This document shows, piece by piece, positions 10,281 through 20,566 of a DNA stretch of 64,000 nt. Position numbers and translations under genes: made by a program. Source of the DNA: Hyphomicrobiales bacterium (lineage in GTDB: Bacteria > Pseudomonadota > Alphaproteobacteria > Rhizobiales > Aestuariivirgaceae); assembly GCA_052386315.1 (NCBI GenBank), contig JBQTKG010000027.1, positions 89,199 to 153,198 on the forward strand. Direction: 5' to 3'. The notes beneath the pieces are model-generated. The model was not told the DNA's origin. It did no database searches and saw nothing but the letters and a program-made list of their open reading frames with translations. Each line of letters opens with the position of its first letter. Within the stretch, counting starts at the first letter, position 1.

Positions 10281-11618
10281 TTATTTTCCGATGCAAAATT
10301 CGCTGAAGATCGAGTCCAGCAGATCTTCGACGTCGATTCTGCCGGTCACCCGGCCGAGACATTGGCCTGCCTTGCGCAGGTCCTCTGCCCTCAGCTCCAG
10401 ATGCTGGCCGTCATACCGTAGTGAATCGTTGAGATACCGAATCGATTCCGCAATTGCCTGTTTCTGCCGTGCCCGGACGATCACCGAATCTTCCGCGTGG
10501 CGGAACTCCCGCTTCACCAACTCGGTCAGACTGGCGAGCATCTCAGGCAAACCTGCACCGGTGCGGGAAGAAACGAGGTGCGCCTTCGCCGGATACTGCC
10601 GATTCGGAACGGAGTGCTGCAGAAGGTCGGATTTGTTGTGCACCCGGAGCATCGGTACGGAGCCCACCGCTGGAGGATGGCTTTCGGCAATATCGGGAGC
10701 GCTCACCCAAACGACGACATCGGCGCCATCCAATTCGCGTTTCGTCCGCGCCATACCGATTTCCTCGATCTCGTCGCCGGCCAAGGCGCGTAGTCCCGCC
10801 GTGTCAGTGAGAATGACCGGCATGCCGGCAAGGTCAATCATGACTTCGATCGCATCCCGTGTCGTGCCGGGTCGCGGCGACACAATCGCCGCATCGCGCG
10901 CCGCAATGGCGTTGAGCAGACTCGACTTGCCGGTATTGGGAACCCCCGCCAGTACGACCTTGACGCCGGAGCGTATGGCCGAGGCACGGTCCGCCTTGGC
11001 CAGGGCCTCCGACATCGATGCGACAAGTGCCGCCGTTTTCGGCCCGACATCCCGGATGGCGGCCTCCACCACGCCCTCTTCCTCGGCGAAATCCAATGCC
11101 GCTTCCACATGGCCGAGTATGCCGATCAGCTGGCCGCGCCAAGCCTCATAGACGGAGCTCGCCTCGCCCAGCAAATGGCCGACCGCCTGGCGCCGCTGCA
11201 TCTCCGTCCGGGCGCGCAACAGATCGGCGAGGCCTTCGGCCTCGACCAGATCCATCCTGCCATTGGCGAAGGCCCGGCGGGTGAATTCGCCCGCCTCCGC
11301 CGGCCGTACCCAGTCGATCCGGTTGAAGGCCGCAAACAGCGCCGCCGCTACCGCCTGGCTGCCATGGACATGGAACTCCGCCACATCCTCGCCGGTGACA
11401 GTATTGGGTCCAGGCATCCACAGTACGACCGCCCGGTCGATGATTTCGTTGGATGCCGGATCGACGATCCGCCGCAGGCTGGCCTTGCGGGCTTCGGGCC
11501 TACCGCCGGCAAGCTTATCCAGCACCGGGCCGGCTTGCGGGCCACTCACCCGGATGACCGCAATACCGGCAATGCCGGCACCGGTGGATTGGGCATAGAT
11601 CGTATCTGAAGTCATCAT
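10281..11618 (-). CDS. mnmE: tRNA modification GTPase MnmE (TrmE)
   Basis: GEFTRRAFANG, GVPNTGKSS, PGTTRD, DTAG, NKSD and C-terminal FCIGK. Confidence 0.96.
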   Translation of the reverse strand: MMTSDTIYAQSTGAGIAGIAVIRVSGPQAGPVLDKLAGGRPEARKASLRRIVDPASNEIIDRAVVLWMPGPNTVTGEDVAEFHVHGSQAVAAALFAAFNRIDWVRPAEAGEFTRRAFANGRMDLVEAEGLADLLRARTEMQRRQAVGHLLGEASSVYEAWRGQLIGILGHVEAALDFAEEEGVVEAAIRDVGPKTAALVASMSEALAKADRASAIRSGVKVVLAGVPNTGKSSLLNAIAARDAAIVSPRPGTTRDAIEVMIDLAGMPVILTDTAGLRALAGDEIEEIGMARTKRELDGADVVVWVSAPDIAESHPPAVGSVPMLRVHNKSDLLQHSVPNRQYPAKAHLVSSRTGAGLPEMLASLTELVKREFRHAEDSVIVRARQKQAIAESIRYLNDSLRYDGQHLELRAEDLRKAGQCLGRVTGRIDVEDLLDSIFSEFCIGK

Positions 11619-11705
11619 TTCGGAATCGAATCGATACTTTTTGGGGTTTCCGGTTTCGCTCCAACGCGTATGGCCCTAGCATGTCCCGGTTTGAGGCCAG
11701 GAACA

Positions 11706-13730
11706 ATGCCGCGCAACGAGCTCGACCGCGAAACCAGCCCCTACCTGCTCCAGCACAAGGATAATCCGGTGCACTGGATGGGCTGGGGAGCGCCTGCATT
11801 TGGCCGGGCCCGGGCGGAAGACAAGCCGATCCTGCTCTCGGTCGGTTATGCCGCCTGTCACTGGTGCCATGTCATGGCCCATGAAAGTTTCGAAGACCAG
11901 GCCACCGCCGGTCTGATGAATGCCAGCTTCGTCAATATCAAGGTTGACCGCGAGGAACGGCCCGATGTCGACCGCATCTATATGAACGCACTGCACGCAC
12001 TTGGCGAGCAGGGCGGCTGGCCGCTCACCATGTTCCTGACGCCCGAGGGAGAGCCCTTCTGGGGCGGCACCTACTTCCCGCCCGAAAGCCGCTACGGGCG
12101 GCCGGGATTCAAACATGTCCTGTCCGAAATCACCCGTATCTGGCGGAGCGAGCGCCACAAGGTCCATGCCAACTCGGCGGCACTGACGGCGGCGCTAAAG
12201 CAGCCGGAGGAGCCGCCGCAATCCACTGACATAACGACTGCCCGGGTCCAGGGTGCAGCGGCGGCCATGCTGCGCGCAATCGATATGGACTTCGGCGGCC
12301 TCAGGGGCTCGCCCAAATTTCCCCAGGCGCCGATCTTCTCATTCCTCTGGTCGGTCCATGAACGCTGGCCTTCCGAAGCCATCGCCGCGGCCGTCGAGCG
12401 CACCCTCACACAGATCTGCCAGGGGGGCATCTATGACCATCTCGGTGGCGGCATCGCCCGCTATTCGGTCGATGCCCAATGGCTGGTGCCGCATTTTGAA
12501 AAGATGCTCTACGACAATGCGCAATTTGTGAGCCTCCTGACACGTTGCTGGCTGCGCAACCGCAATCCGCTGTTCCGCATCCGGACCGAAGAGACAATCG
12601 GCTTTGTCTTGCGCGAAATGACAACCGCTGGTGGCGCTTTTGCCGCGAGCTATGATGCCGACTCCGAGGGCGAAGAGGGAAAATTCTATGTCTGGACAAA
12701 AGAGGAGTTAGAATCCCTGCTCGATCCGCAGGCGGCAGAGCTGTTTTGCTCCGCCTACGGAGTAACGCCTGAGGGTAATTGGGAAGGCCACACGATACTC
12801 AACCGCTCCCATGCGCTCGCACTCGCGGACGAGGCAACCGAACAGAAACTCGCTGCCGCGCGCCGGATTCTCTTCAACAAGCGGTCGCAGCGGAATCATC
12901 CCGGCTTCGACGACAAGGTTCTCGCCGATTGGAACGGCCTGATGATTGCCGGCCTCGCCGAGGCCGCCTTGGTCTTCGGCTGCAGCGACTGGAAGGACGC
13001 CGCCGTCGAAGCCATGGACCGGATCATGGCCTTGCTCTGGCGCGATGGCCGTCTGCTGCATTCGCACCGCGCCGGTCAGAGCCGCCATGAAGCCACCGCC
13101 GAGGGCTATGCCAATCTGATCACTGCCACCCGGGCGCTTCACACCCTGACCGGATCGCGCGCCTACATCGCCACGGCGGAAGGCCTTGCCCGCGCCCTGA
13201 TCGCCCATTTCTGGGACGGGAATATGCAGGGACTGTTTTTTTCATCCGACCGGGCCGACGGTCTGATCACCCGCACCCGCTCGGTTCACGACGATGCAAC
13301 ACCCAATGCCAACGGCATCATGCTTGGCAATCTTGCAGCGCTCCACTACCTGACAGGCGATCGCTATTATCTCGAAAGGGCCGAAGCGATTGCCGCTGCT
13401 TTCTCCACAACGGCATTATCCAATCCCTTCGTCGCGCCGTCTTTGCTGAAGAATGCCGGCCTGCTTTCGGATCCGGTGCAGTTTGTGCTCTCCGGTGTAG
13501 GCGGCCAAGAACTCCTCATGGAAGCGCTGTCCCATACCGGCCTCGACATCATTTTCCAGAAGATCGCGTCTGCTACAGAACTCGCCGTGGATCATCCTGC
13601 TTTTGCCAAGGCCGGCGCTGGCGGTCAGGCGCGACTCTATATTTGCCGCGGCCAGACCTGTGCCGCACCAGCCGTCACGCCGCAAGAGGTGCGTGCCGCG
13701 CTCGGTCTTCTCGGCCTCGCGAGGGCCTGA
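11706..13730 (+). CDS. YyaL/SPATA20-like thioredoxin-domain plus alpha/alpha-barrel protein (DUF255)
   Basis: SPYLLQHKDNPV, GYAACHWCHVMAHESF, GGWPLT, VPHFEKMLYDNA and DDKVLADWNGLMI motifs. Confidence 0.9.
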   Translation: MPRNELDRETSPYLLQHKDNPVHWMGWGAPAFGRARAEDKPILLSVGYAACHWCHVMAHESFEDQATAGLMNASFVNIKVDREERPDVDRIYMNALHALGEQGGWPLTMFLTPEGEPFWGGTYFPPESRYGRPGFKHVLSEITRIWRSERHKVHANSAALTAALKQPEEPPQSTDITTARVQGAAAAMLRAIDMDFGGLRGSPKFPQAPIFSFLWSVHERWPSEAIAAAVERTLTQICQGGIYDHLGGGIARYSVDAQWLVPHFEKMLYDNAQFVSLLTRCWLRNRNPLFRIRTEETIGFVLREMTTAGGAFAASYDADSEGEEGKFYVWTKEELESLLDPQAAELFCSAYGVTPEGNWEGHTILNRSHALALADEATEQKLAAARRILFNKRSQRNHPGFDDKVLADWNGLMIAGLAEAALVFGCSDWKDAAVEAMDRIMALLWRDGRLLHSHRAGQSRHEATAEGYANLITATRALHTLTGSRAYIATAEGLARALIAHFWDGNMQGLFFSSDRADGLITRTRSVHDDATPNANGIMLGNLAALHYLTGDRYYLERAEAIAAAFSTTALSNPFVAPSLLKNAGLLSDPVQFVLSGVGGQELLMEALSHTGLDIIFQKIASATELAVDHPAFAKAGAGGQARLYICRGQTCAAPAVTPQEVRAALGLLGLARA

Positions 13731-15014
13731 TCAGGCATTCATCGACTCGAAGAAATCGCCATTGGTCTTGGTCTGGCGCAGCTTGTCGAGCAGGAACTCC
13801 ACGGCATCCACCGTTCCCATGGGATTGAGGATGCGGCGCAGCACATAGGTCTTTTTCAAGACATCGGGCTTCACCAGTAGCTCTTCCTTGCGCGTGCCGG
13901 ATCGCAGGATATCGAGTGCCGGGAACACCCGCTTGTCGGCCACCTTGCGGTCGAGGATGATTTCCGAGTTGCCGGTGCCCTTGAACTCTTCGAAGATCAC
14001 TTCGTCCATGCGGCTGCCAGTATCGATCAGCGCAGTGGCGATAATGGTCAGCGATCCGCCTTCCTCGATGTTACGTGCCGCGCCGAAGAACCGTTTCGGC
14101 CGCTGCAGGGCGTTGGCATCGACGCCTCCGGTCAGCACCTTGCCGGAGGACGGTACTACCGTGTTGTAGGCGCGGCCGAGGCGGGTGATCGAATCGAGCA
14201 GAATGACCACGTCGCGGCCGTGCTCGACCAGGCGCTTCGCCTTCTCGATCACCATTTCCGCCACTTGCACATGGCGTGAGGCCGGCTCGTCGAAGGTCGA
14301 GCTGATCACCTCGCCCTTCACCGAGCGCTGCATGTCGGTGACTTCCTCGGGCCGCTCGTCAATGAGCAAAACGATGAGATAGATTTCGGGATGGTTGGCG
14401 CTGACCGAATGGGCGATGTTCTGCAAGAGCACTGTCTTGCCGGTGCGCGGCGGTGCCACGATCAGTCCGCGCTGGCCCTTGCCGAGAGGTGCCACAATGT
14501 CGATAACTCTTGCGGAATAGTCTTTCCTCGTCGGATCGGCCGTCTCCATCTCCAGCGGCTCGTCGGGATAGAGCGGCGTCAGGTTGTCGAAATGAACCTT
14601 GTGCTTGGTCCTCTCCGGATCCTCGAAATTGATGGTGTTGACCTTGACCAAGGCGAAATAGCGCTCACCTTCCTTGGGGCTGCGGATCTGGCCTTCTACG
14701 GTGTCACCGGTGCGCAGCGTGAATTTCCGGATCTGGCTGGGGCTCACATAGATATCGTCGGGTCCCGCCAGATAATTCGCATCCGGCGAACGCAGGAAGG
14801 CGAATCCGTCCTGCAGCACCTCGACCACGCCCTCGCCAATGATTTCGACGTCGCGCGCCGCGAGATTCTTGAGGATGGCGAACATCAGTTCCTGTTTGCG
14901 CAGCGCACTCGCATTTTCGACTTGCAGTTCCTCGGCAAGTGTCACCAGTTCGGCCGGCGTTTTGCGCTTCAGGTCCTGCAGCTTGATTTCTTTCAATTCG
15001 GCAATGCTGGTCAT
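13731..15014 (-). CDS. rho: Transcription termination factor Rho
   Basis: [30 protein letters not shown] and FEEFKGTGN motifs. Confidence 0.98.
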   Translation of the reverse strand: MTSIAELKEIKLQDLKRKTPAELVTLAEELQVENASALRKQELMFAILKNLAARDVEIIGEGVVEVLQDGFAFLRSPDANYLAGPDDIYVSPSQIRKFTLRTGDTVEGQIRSPKEGERYFALVKVNTINFEDPERTKHKVHFDNLTPLYPDEPLEMETADPTRKDYSARVIDIVAPLGKGQRGLIVAPPRTGKTVLLQNIAHSVSANHPEIYLIVLLIDERPEEVTDMQRSVKGEVISSTFDEPASRHVQVAEMVIEKAKRLVEHGRDVVILLDSITRLGRAYNTVVPSSGKVLTGGVDANALQRPKRFFGAARNIEEGGSLTIIATALIDTGSRMDEVIFEEFKGTGNSEIILDRKVADKRVFPALDILRSGTRKEELLVKPDVLKKTYVLRRILNPMGTVDAVEFLLDKLRQTKTNGDFFESMNA

Positions 15015-15171
15015 GATTCCGAGGGTTCTTTGGGGGAGGGAAAGCCGGACCGCAATCGGTCAGGCAAGGAAGGGAGAGGAGGAACAGGCGCTCGTGCCAG
15101 CTTCGGGCATCGGCCTTAAGAAGCGCTTCATAACAAATTCTAGCCATGCTTCCAATACAAATTCGTAAAAT

Positions 15172-15609
15172 CTAGAATGGCCGCACGATAACCATGACAA
15201 CGATCACAACCAGGAGCAGGGTCGGGACTTCGTTAACAATGCGGAAATAGAGCGCGCCGTGGGGCCGCAGATCGCGCGCAAACTGGCGCCGGTTCCTTTC
15301 CAGCATGCCATGAAAAATCGACAGGACCAGGACAGTGGTGAGTTTGACGGCAAGCCACAACGGCATTGGCCAGAGGATGCCGCCAAGCCAGGCCGTCAGC
15401 AGGCCCGCCAGCCAGGACGTAACCGCGGCGGGAACCATGATCGCTTCCGCCAGCCGCCTTTCCATGATTTTGAACTGCTCGGAAACTTCGCCGCTTGGGG
15501 CCGACGCCGCGTGGTACACGAAAAGCCGCGGCAGATAGAACAATCCCACCATCCAAGCAACAACGGCGATGACATGGACGGCCTTCGCCCACAAATAGAA
15601 ATCAGCCAT
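15172..15609 (-). CDS. hemJ: Protoporphyrinogen oxidase HemJ (CopD family)
   Basis: KAVHVIAVVAWMVGLFYLPRLFVYH, MERRL and NEVPT; downstream of hemE. Confidence 0.92.
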   Translation of the reverse strand: MADFYLWAKAVHVIAVVAWMVGLFYLPRLFVYHAASAPSGEVSEQFKIMERRLAEAIMVPAAVTSWLAGLLTAWLGGILWPMPLWLAVKLTTVLVLSIFHGMLERNRRQFARDLRPHGALYFRIVNEVPTLLLVVIVVMVIVRPF

Positions 15610-16648
15610 CGCCGTGTTCTCGATCGTGAGTCCGCACCGCCTCGATCACCGCCTGCAGCCGGCCGGGTTCGGTCTGTGGCCGGATTCCATGTCCGAGATT
15701 GAAGATGTGCCGGCCGGTCGGAAGCGCAGCGGCGAGCTTCACCGCTTCACTAACGGAAACCGGCTCTTTCGCCAGAAGTGCCACCGGATCGAGATTTCCC
15801 TGGATGGCGCAGTTTCCGGGAATTCGTTCCGCCAGCCAGTCGATCGCCAATTCCGATTCAATGCCGATGGCCTGCGCCTTCGTCGCTTCGGCGACGATCG
15901 GTTGTGCCGCTCCGGCACCACGCGCAAAAACAATCACCGGAACACCGGGATGAATTTCGCGCAGCCTCGCCGTCATGTCCGCCAGAGGGCCATCCACCCA
16001 ATTCTTCCTGAGAGAAGCGGGCAGATCTCCCGCCCACGAATCGAAGATCTGGATGACATCGGCACCGGCCTTTATTTGCTCCGAAAGATAGGCTACCGAC
16101 TGATCGATCAGCAGTGCAATAAGCCGTGAAAACCATTCCGGGTTTTCGTAAGCGGCAAGCCGTGCCGTTTCTCGGTCCGAACTTCCGCCTTCGATCATGT
16201 AACTCGCCACCGTCCACGGCGCGCCGCAGAAACCGATCAGACCGGATTCAGGTTGAAGCGCCTCCTTCACGCGCTGCAAAGTTTCGCACACCGCCTTAAC
16301 TTGTCTGGAACCCGAAACCGGCACCAACCGCGAGATCCGTTCCACTCCTCTGATCTTCTCAAGAACCGGACCCTCATTCTCCTCAAAATGGAGATCGACG
16401 CCCATCGCATGGGGTACCACCAGAATATCGGCAAATACGATAGCTGCATCAAGATCAAAGCGCCGAAGTGGCTGCAATGTGACCTCGGCTGCCAGTTCCG
16501 GATTGTAGCAAAGATCGAGAAACGATCCGGCTTTCTGCCGGACATCACGATACTCAGGCAGGTAACGTCCCGCCTGACGCATAAACCAGATCGGCCTGCG
16601 CTCCGGCTTTCGCCCGTTCAGAACGTCAAGAAGAGGTTTGGAAGCCAA
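15602..16648 (-). CDS. hemE: Uroporphyrinogen decarboxylase
   Basis: PIWFMRQAGRYLPEY, GFCGAPWT and FNLGHGI. Likely TTG start at 16648. Confidence 0.95.
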   Translation of the reverse strand: MASKPLLDVLNGRKPERRPIWFMRQAGRYLPEYRDVRQKAGSFLDLCYNPELAAEVTLQPLRRFDLDAAIVFADILVVPHAMGVDLHFEENEGPVLEKIRGVERISRLVPVSGSRQVKAVCETLQRVKEALQPESGLIGFCGAPWTVASYMIEGGSSDRETARLAAYENPEWFSRLIALLIDQSVAYLSEQIKAGADVIQIFDSWAGDLPASLRKNWVDGPLADMTARLREIHPGVPVIVFARGAGAAQPIVAEATKAQAIGIESELAIDWLAERIPGNCAIQGNLDPVALLAKEPVSVSEAVKLAAALPTGRHIFNLGHGIRPQTEPGRLQAVIEAVRTHDREHGDG

Positions 16649-17015
16649 TGATCGCCCTATATCAAGTATTGAATCTAGGATTCTGTTTATAGTGTTTGGG
16701 GTGCCGATTCCGGGATACAATTATATCCTTGGCTAATGCACATGGCCTGTCATAAAGATTTTCTCAACTATTGATTGTAGTAATATTAACGTAAAATTAA
16801 CAAATCTTAACAATGTGTTCATAATCGAAGGATGACTTGTATCAGAACTTATTGAATCTTATCCAAAGGCCATGTTTATCCCCGATACCCCGGCAAGCCA
16901 TACTCATCGGCAAGCTACTGGAAAACTCCAGACCATATCCGCCCAAAAACACTACCGCCTATTGGCAGAGCGACTATTGTCCACAATCTATCGACAGCAA
17001 GTTCTGGGTGCCCTA
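16649..17015. other. Chromosomal replication origin (oriC)
   Basis: Canonical alphaproteobacterial hemE/ppsR intergenic position and the most AT-rich tract in the window (~16720-16830). DnaA-like boxes TTATCCAAA 16859-16867, TTATCCCCG 16876-16884 and TTGTCCACA 16977-16985. GANTC sites at 16671, 16679, 16706 and 16854. IHF-like TCAACTATTGATT at 16764-16776. Confidence 0.88.
16786..16811 (+). promoter_or_regulatory. CtrA binding site in oriC plus an extra half-site
   Basis: TTAA cgtaaaa TTAAC (16786-16801) is a perfect TTAA-N7-TTAAC; a third TTAAC lies at 16807-16811. Confidence 0.75.
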
Positions 17016-17855
17016 TTGAAGCCCAACCAACGATTCTTTCATCTACATTTGATCTCCGACGCTACTGGCGAGACCCTTAACACGGTAGCACGGGCGGCGA
17101 CGGCCCATTATGCCGATTATCGCCCCGTCGAGCATATTTACGCCCTGATCCGCACCTCGAAGCAGCTTCAGCGGGTTCTAGACGATATCGAACGACAGCC
17201 AGGTATCGTACTGTTCACGATTATCGACAAGGATCTGCGTCATCAGCTGGAACGGCACTGCGACCGCCTCGGAGTTCCCTGCATTTCCATTCTTGATCCG
17301 GTGATCAGCAGCCTAGCCCAATATCTTAATGCTGAGTCGCGTCCGCAAATTGGCCGGCAGCATGCGCTGAATGCCGAATATTTTCATCGCATCGATGCGC
17401 TGAACTTCACCATGAACCACGACGACGGCCAGAATACTGAAGAACTTGAGAAGGCCGACGTTGTCCTTATCGGGATTAGTCGCACATCCAAGACTCCAAC
17501 CAGCATCTACCTCGCTCAGCGCGGCATCAAGACGGCGAACGTCCCGATCGTCCCCGCCGTTGCTGCGCCTCGTGCCTTGCTCGAAGCGCGTCGCCCTCTG
17601 ATAGTCGGTCTCATCGCCAGCGCCGAGAGAATTGCGCAAATCCGCCGTCACCGCCTCTTGACTTTGAAGGAAAACCGCGAAACCTCCTATGCCGATCCGC
17701 GCCAGATCACCAGCGAGATCGTTTTCATGAAAAACCTTTGTGCTGAACGCAACTGGCCCCTCATAGATGTGACGCGGCGTTCAGTCGAAGAAACCGCGGC
17801 AGCTGTGATCAATCTCCTTGGCGAACGGCATCCCCAGCCGGAACCCAATCTGTAA
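17016..17855 (+). CDS. ppsR: Pyruvate,phosphate/water dikinase regulatory kinase/pyrophosphorylase (DUF299)
   Basis: FHLHLISDATGETL, HDDGQ and GISRTSKTPTSIYLA motifs. TTG start at 17016; the longer upstream ORF runs through oriC. Confidence 0.92.
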   Translation: MKPNQRFFHLHLISDATGETLNTVARAATAHYADYRPVEHIYALIRTSKQLQRVLDDIERQPGIVLFTIIDKDLRHQLERHCDRLGVPCISILDPVISSLAQYLNAESRPQIGRQHALNAEYFHRIDALNFTMNHDDGQNTEELEKADVVLIGISRTSKTPTSIYLAQRGIKTANVPIVPAVAAPRALLEARRPLIVGLIASAERIAQIRRHRLLTLKENRETSYADPRQITSEIVFMKNLCAERNWPLIDVTRRSVEETAAAVINLLGERHPQPEPNL

Positions 17856-18442
17856 TGACTGTTATCCTCGCTTCAACCAGCCCGATCCGCCAAACCCTAC
17901 TGAAACATGCCGGAGTGGAATTCACGGTCCGTTCGCACCTCGCCGATGAGGCACAATTGAAAAAGACTCTCGGTCTGGCGAAACCCGCAGACATGGCCAT
18001 GGCGCTCGCGGAAGCGAAGGCGCGGTCAGTCTCCGGGCGGCAGTCTTTGGACCTCGTCATTGGCGCCGATCAAGTTCTTGAACATGCCGGCGCTGTGTTC
18101 GACAAACCCCATGACCTGGCCGGAGCCCGGGTGCATCTTGCCGCGCTGCGCGGCAAGACTCATCAACTTCATTCGGCGCTTGCTTGTGCCCGCGGCGGAG
18201 AAATCATTTGGCGTTGCGCGGCAACGGCGCGGCTCACCATGCGATCCTTTTCACAAGCATTTCTTGACTCGTACCTGACGCGCATGGGTGTCGAAACAGG
18301 CCGTTCAGTGGGTGCCTACCAGCTGGAAAGTGAGGGCATTCAGTTGTTCGAGAAAGTCGAGGGCGACTATTTTACCATCCTCGGACTGCCGCTCCTGCCG
18401 CTCCTCGCATTGCTGCGTGAGCAGGGCGAACTGGCATCATGA
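17855..18442 (+). CDS. maf: Maf family nucleoside triphosphate pyrophosphatase
   Basis: ILASTSPIR, VIGADQVL, FDKP and GDYFTILGLPL motifs. Confidence 0.93.
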   Translation: MTVILASTSPIRQTLLKHAGVEFTVRSHLADEAQLKKTLGLAKPADMAMALAEAKARSVSGRQSLDLVIGADQVLEHAGAVFDKPHDLAGARVHLAALRGKTHQLHSALACARGGEIIWRCAATARLTMRSFSQAFLDSYLTRMGVETGRSVGAYQLESEGIQLFEKVEGDYFTILGLPLLPLLALLREQGELAS

Positions 18443-19278
18443 TAAAGGCCTGCGTCATAGGTTGGCCGGTAGAACACTCGCGCTCGCCCCTCATCCACAA
18501 TTACTGGCTCAAGCAGCATGGCATCGCCGGCCATTACGACCGCGTTGCGGTCGAACCCGGAGTGGTGCGCGATTTCCTCTCGCGGCTGGAAGAAAACGGC
18601 TTTGCCGGTTGTAACGTAACTCTGCCCCACAAGGAAGCGGCGTTCGCCTGTGTCGAGGCGGCCGACGAGGCAACGAAACGTTTGGGGGTAGTCAACACCG
18701 TCTTTCTGCGTAATGGCAGGACTTTTGGTACCAGCACCGACGGCGAGAGCTTCATGGCCAATCTGGCGGCGAGCGCCGGAGTGATACCGGTCCGTAATGA
18801 GCGTGTGGTGTTACTCGGTGCCGGCGGTGCCGCCATGGCGATTGCCGGCGCGCTCGCCGACGCCGGCGCAGGCGAAATCGCCGTCGCCAACCGGACTTCC
18901 GAACGCATCAAAATCCTGCGCCGCAAATTCGGTTCGGTGATCGTTCCGGTGGACTGGGAAACGAGGGGAGCTGCCCTCGCCGAATGCCGTCTCCTGATCA
19001 ACACCACCGCGCTCGGCATGAAAGGTCAGCCACCACTCGAACTCGATCTTGCGCGCCTGGGAGCAGAAGCGATCGTTGCCGATATCGTCTACACGCCGCT
19101 TGAAACTACGCTACTGAAAGCAGCAGTGGCGCGCGGCAACCGCACGGCAGGCGGTCTTGGCATGCTGTTGCATCAGGCGATACGTGGCTTTGAATTGTGG
19201 TTCGGCGCCCGGCCAACGGTGACGCCCGAGCTCTACGCGCTGGTTGCCCGCGATATCGATCCGGGCTGGTTACCATGA
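18439..19278 (+). CDS. aroE: Shikimate dehydrogenase
   Basis: HSRSPLIH, NVTLPHK, LGAGGAA, DIVYTPLET and GLGMLLHQA motifs. Confidence 0.95.
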   Translation: MIKACVIGWPVEHSRSPLIHNYWLKQHGIAGHYDRVAVEPGVVRDFLSRLEENGFAGCNVTLPHKEAAFACVEAADEATKRLGVVNTVFLRNGRTFGTSTDGESFMANLAASAGVIPVRNERVVLLGAGGAAMAIAGALADAGAGEIAVANRTSERIKILRRKFGSVIVPVDWETRGAALAECRLLINTTALGMKGQPPLELDLARLGAEAIVADIVYTPLETTLLKAAVARGNRTAGGLGMLLHQAIRGFELWFGARPTVTPELYALVARDIDPGWLP

Positions 19279-19877
19279 TCGTCGCCGGCCTCACGGGTTC
19301 GATTGCCATGGGCAAGACTGAAACGGCTCGCTTGTTTGCTGCCCTTGGCGTTCCCGTCTTCGACGCCGATGCTGAAGTGCACCACCTTTATGCCAAGAAT
19401 GGTGAGGCGGTGCGTGCGATCGGTGCGCAGTTCCCGCAGGCGGTCATAGATGGCGCGATAGAGCGCCAGCGCCTGGCCGAGCTGGTCCTGAAGGATCCCG
19501 AGGCGGTGAAGATGCTCGAGAGCATCGTCCACCCGTTGGTCCGCAAGGCGGAAAATGAATTCACCCGCAGATGCCGCGCCGAAAACCGGCCGCTTGCGGT
19601 CCTCGACATTCCGTTGCTGTTCGAAACCGGGCGCCAGCACGATGTCGACAGGATCATCGTGGTTTCGGCACCGGCCGATGTGCAGCGCTCCCGCGCCCTG
19701 GCGCGGCCCGGCATGACACCGGAGAAATTCGAGGCAATCGCCGCCCGTCAGGTTCCCGATGGCGAAAAGCGGCGGCAAGCGCATTTCATCGTCGACAGTT
19801 CGCAGGGTATCGATCAGGCTCTTGCGCAGGTCAAAGCCATCGTGGCAATGCTGATGCAGCAGGCGGGAGCAATATGA
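19275..19877 (+). CDS. coaE: Dephospho-CoA kinase
   Basis: GLTGSIAMGKT, VFDAD, IVHPLV and LDIPLLFE motifs. Confidence 0.95.
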   Translation: MIVAGLTGSIAMGKTETARLFAALGVPVFDADAEVHHLYAKNGEAVRAIGAQFPQAVIDGAIERQRLAELVLKDPEAVKMLESIVHPLVRKAENEFTRRCRAENRPLAVLDIPLLFETGRQHDVDRIIVVSAPADVQRSRALARPGMTPEKFEAIAARQVPDGEKRRQAHFIVDSSQGIDQALAQVKAIVAMLMQQAGAI

Positions 19878-20566
19878 GGGAAATCGTTCTGGATACCGAA
19901 ACCACCGGGCTTGATCCGGCCCAAGGCCATCGTGTCGTCGAAATCGGTGCGCTCGAACTCATCAATCATCTTCCGAGCGGCCGCAGCTTTCAGGCCTATA
20001 TCAATCCCGAGCGGCCGATTCCGCCAGAGGCCGAGGCGGTGCACGGTCTGGGCAATGTCTTTCTCAAAGACAAGCCGGTGTTTGCCGCGGTCGCCGAGGA
20101 ATTTCTCGGTTTCATTGCCGATGCAGCACTGGTGATCCACAATGCCAGCTTCGATGTTGCCTTTCTGAACGCCGAACTAGGCTTACTGGGAAAGCCGCCG
20201 ATACTGGGCGAACGGGTAGTCGATACGCTGGCGCTGGCGCGGCAGAAACACCCCATGGGGCCAAACAGCCTCGACGCCCTGTGCAAGCGCTATGCTATCG
20301 ACAATTCCAAGCGTACGCGGCATGGGGCTTTACTCGACTCGGAACTCCTCGCTGATGTCTATCTCGAATTAATAGGTGGCAAGCAGACCGCCCTCACGTT
20401 TGCAACGGCACCGTTCGCCAGACCCGTCGTTTACGTACCAGCGCGGCCCGGACTGACCAGGCTGCGGCCCCTGCCTTCGCGACTATCGGAGAAGGAACGC
20501 GCCGCCCACGGCCGCTTCGTGGATGGCCTGGGTAGCGGCGCGCTATGGAAGAAATTTGCGGATTAG
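19874..20566 (+). CDS. dnaQ: DNA polymerase III epsilon subunit
   Basis: MREIVLDTETTG, HNASFD and HGALLDSELLA (DEDDh). Confidence 0.96.
   Translation: MREIVLDTETTGLDPAQGHRVVEIGALELINHLPSGRSFQAYINPERPIPPEAEAVHGLGNVFLKDKPVFAAVAEEFLGFIADAALVIHNASFDVAFLNAELGLLGKPPILGERVVDTLALARQKHPMGPNSLDALCKRYAIDNSKRTRHGALLDSELLADVYLELIGGKQTALTFATAPFARPVVYVPARPGLTRLRPLPSRLSEKERAAHGRFVDGLGSGALWKKFAD

Noticed and set aside
16837-17019. 60-aa ORF and the ppsR/hemE extensions inside the origin region
   Set aside because: They overlap DnaA-like boxes and show no protein signal; TTG starts at 17016 and 16648 give normal-length proteins.
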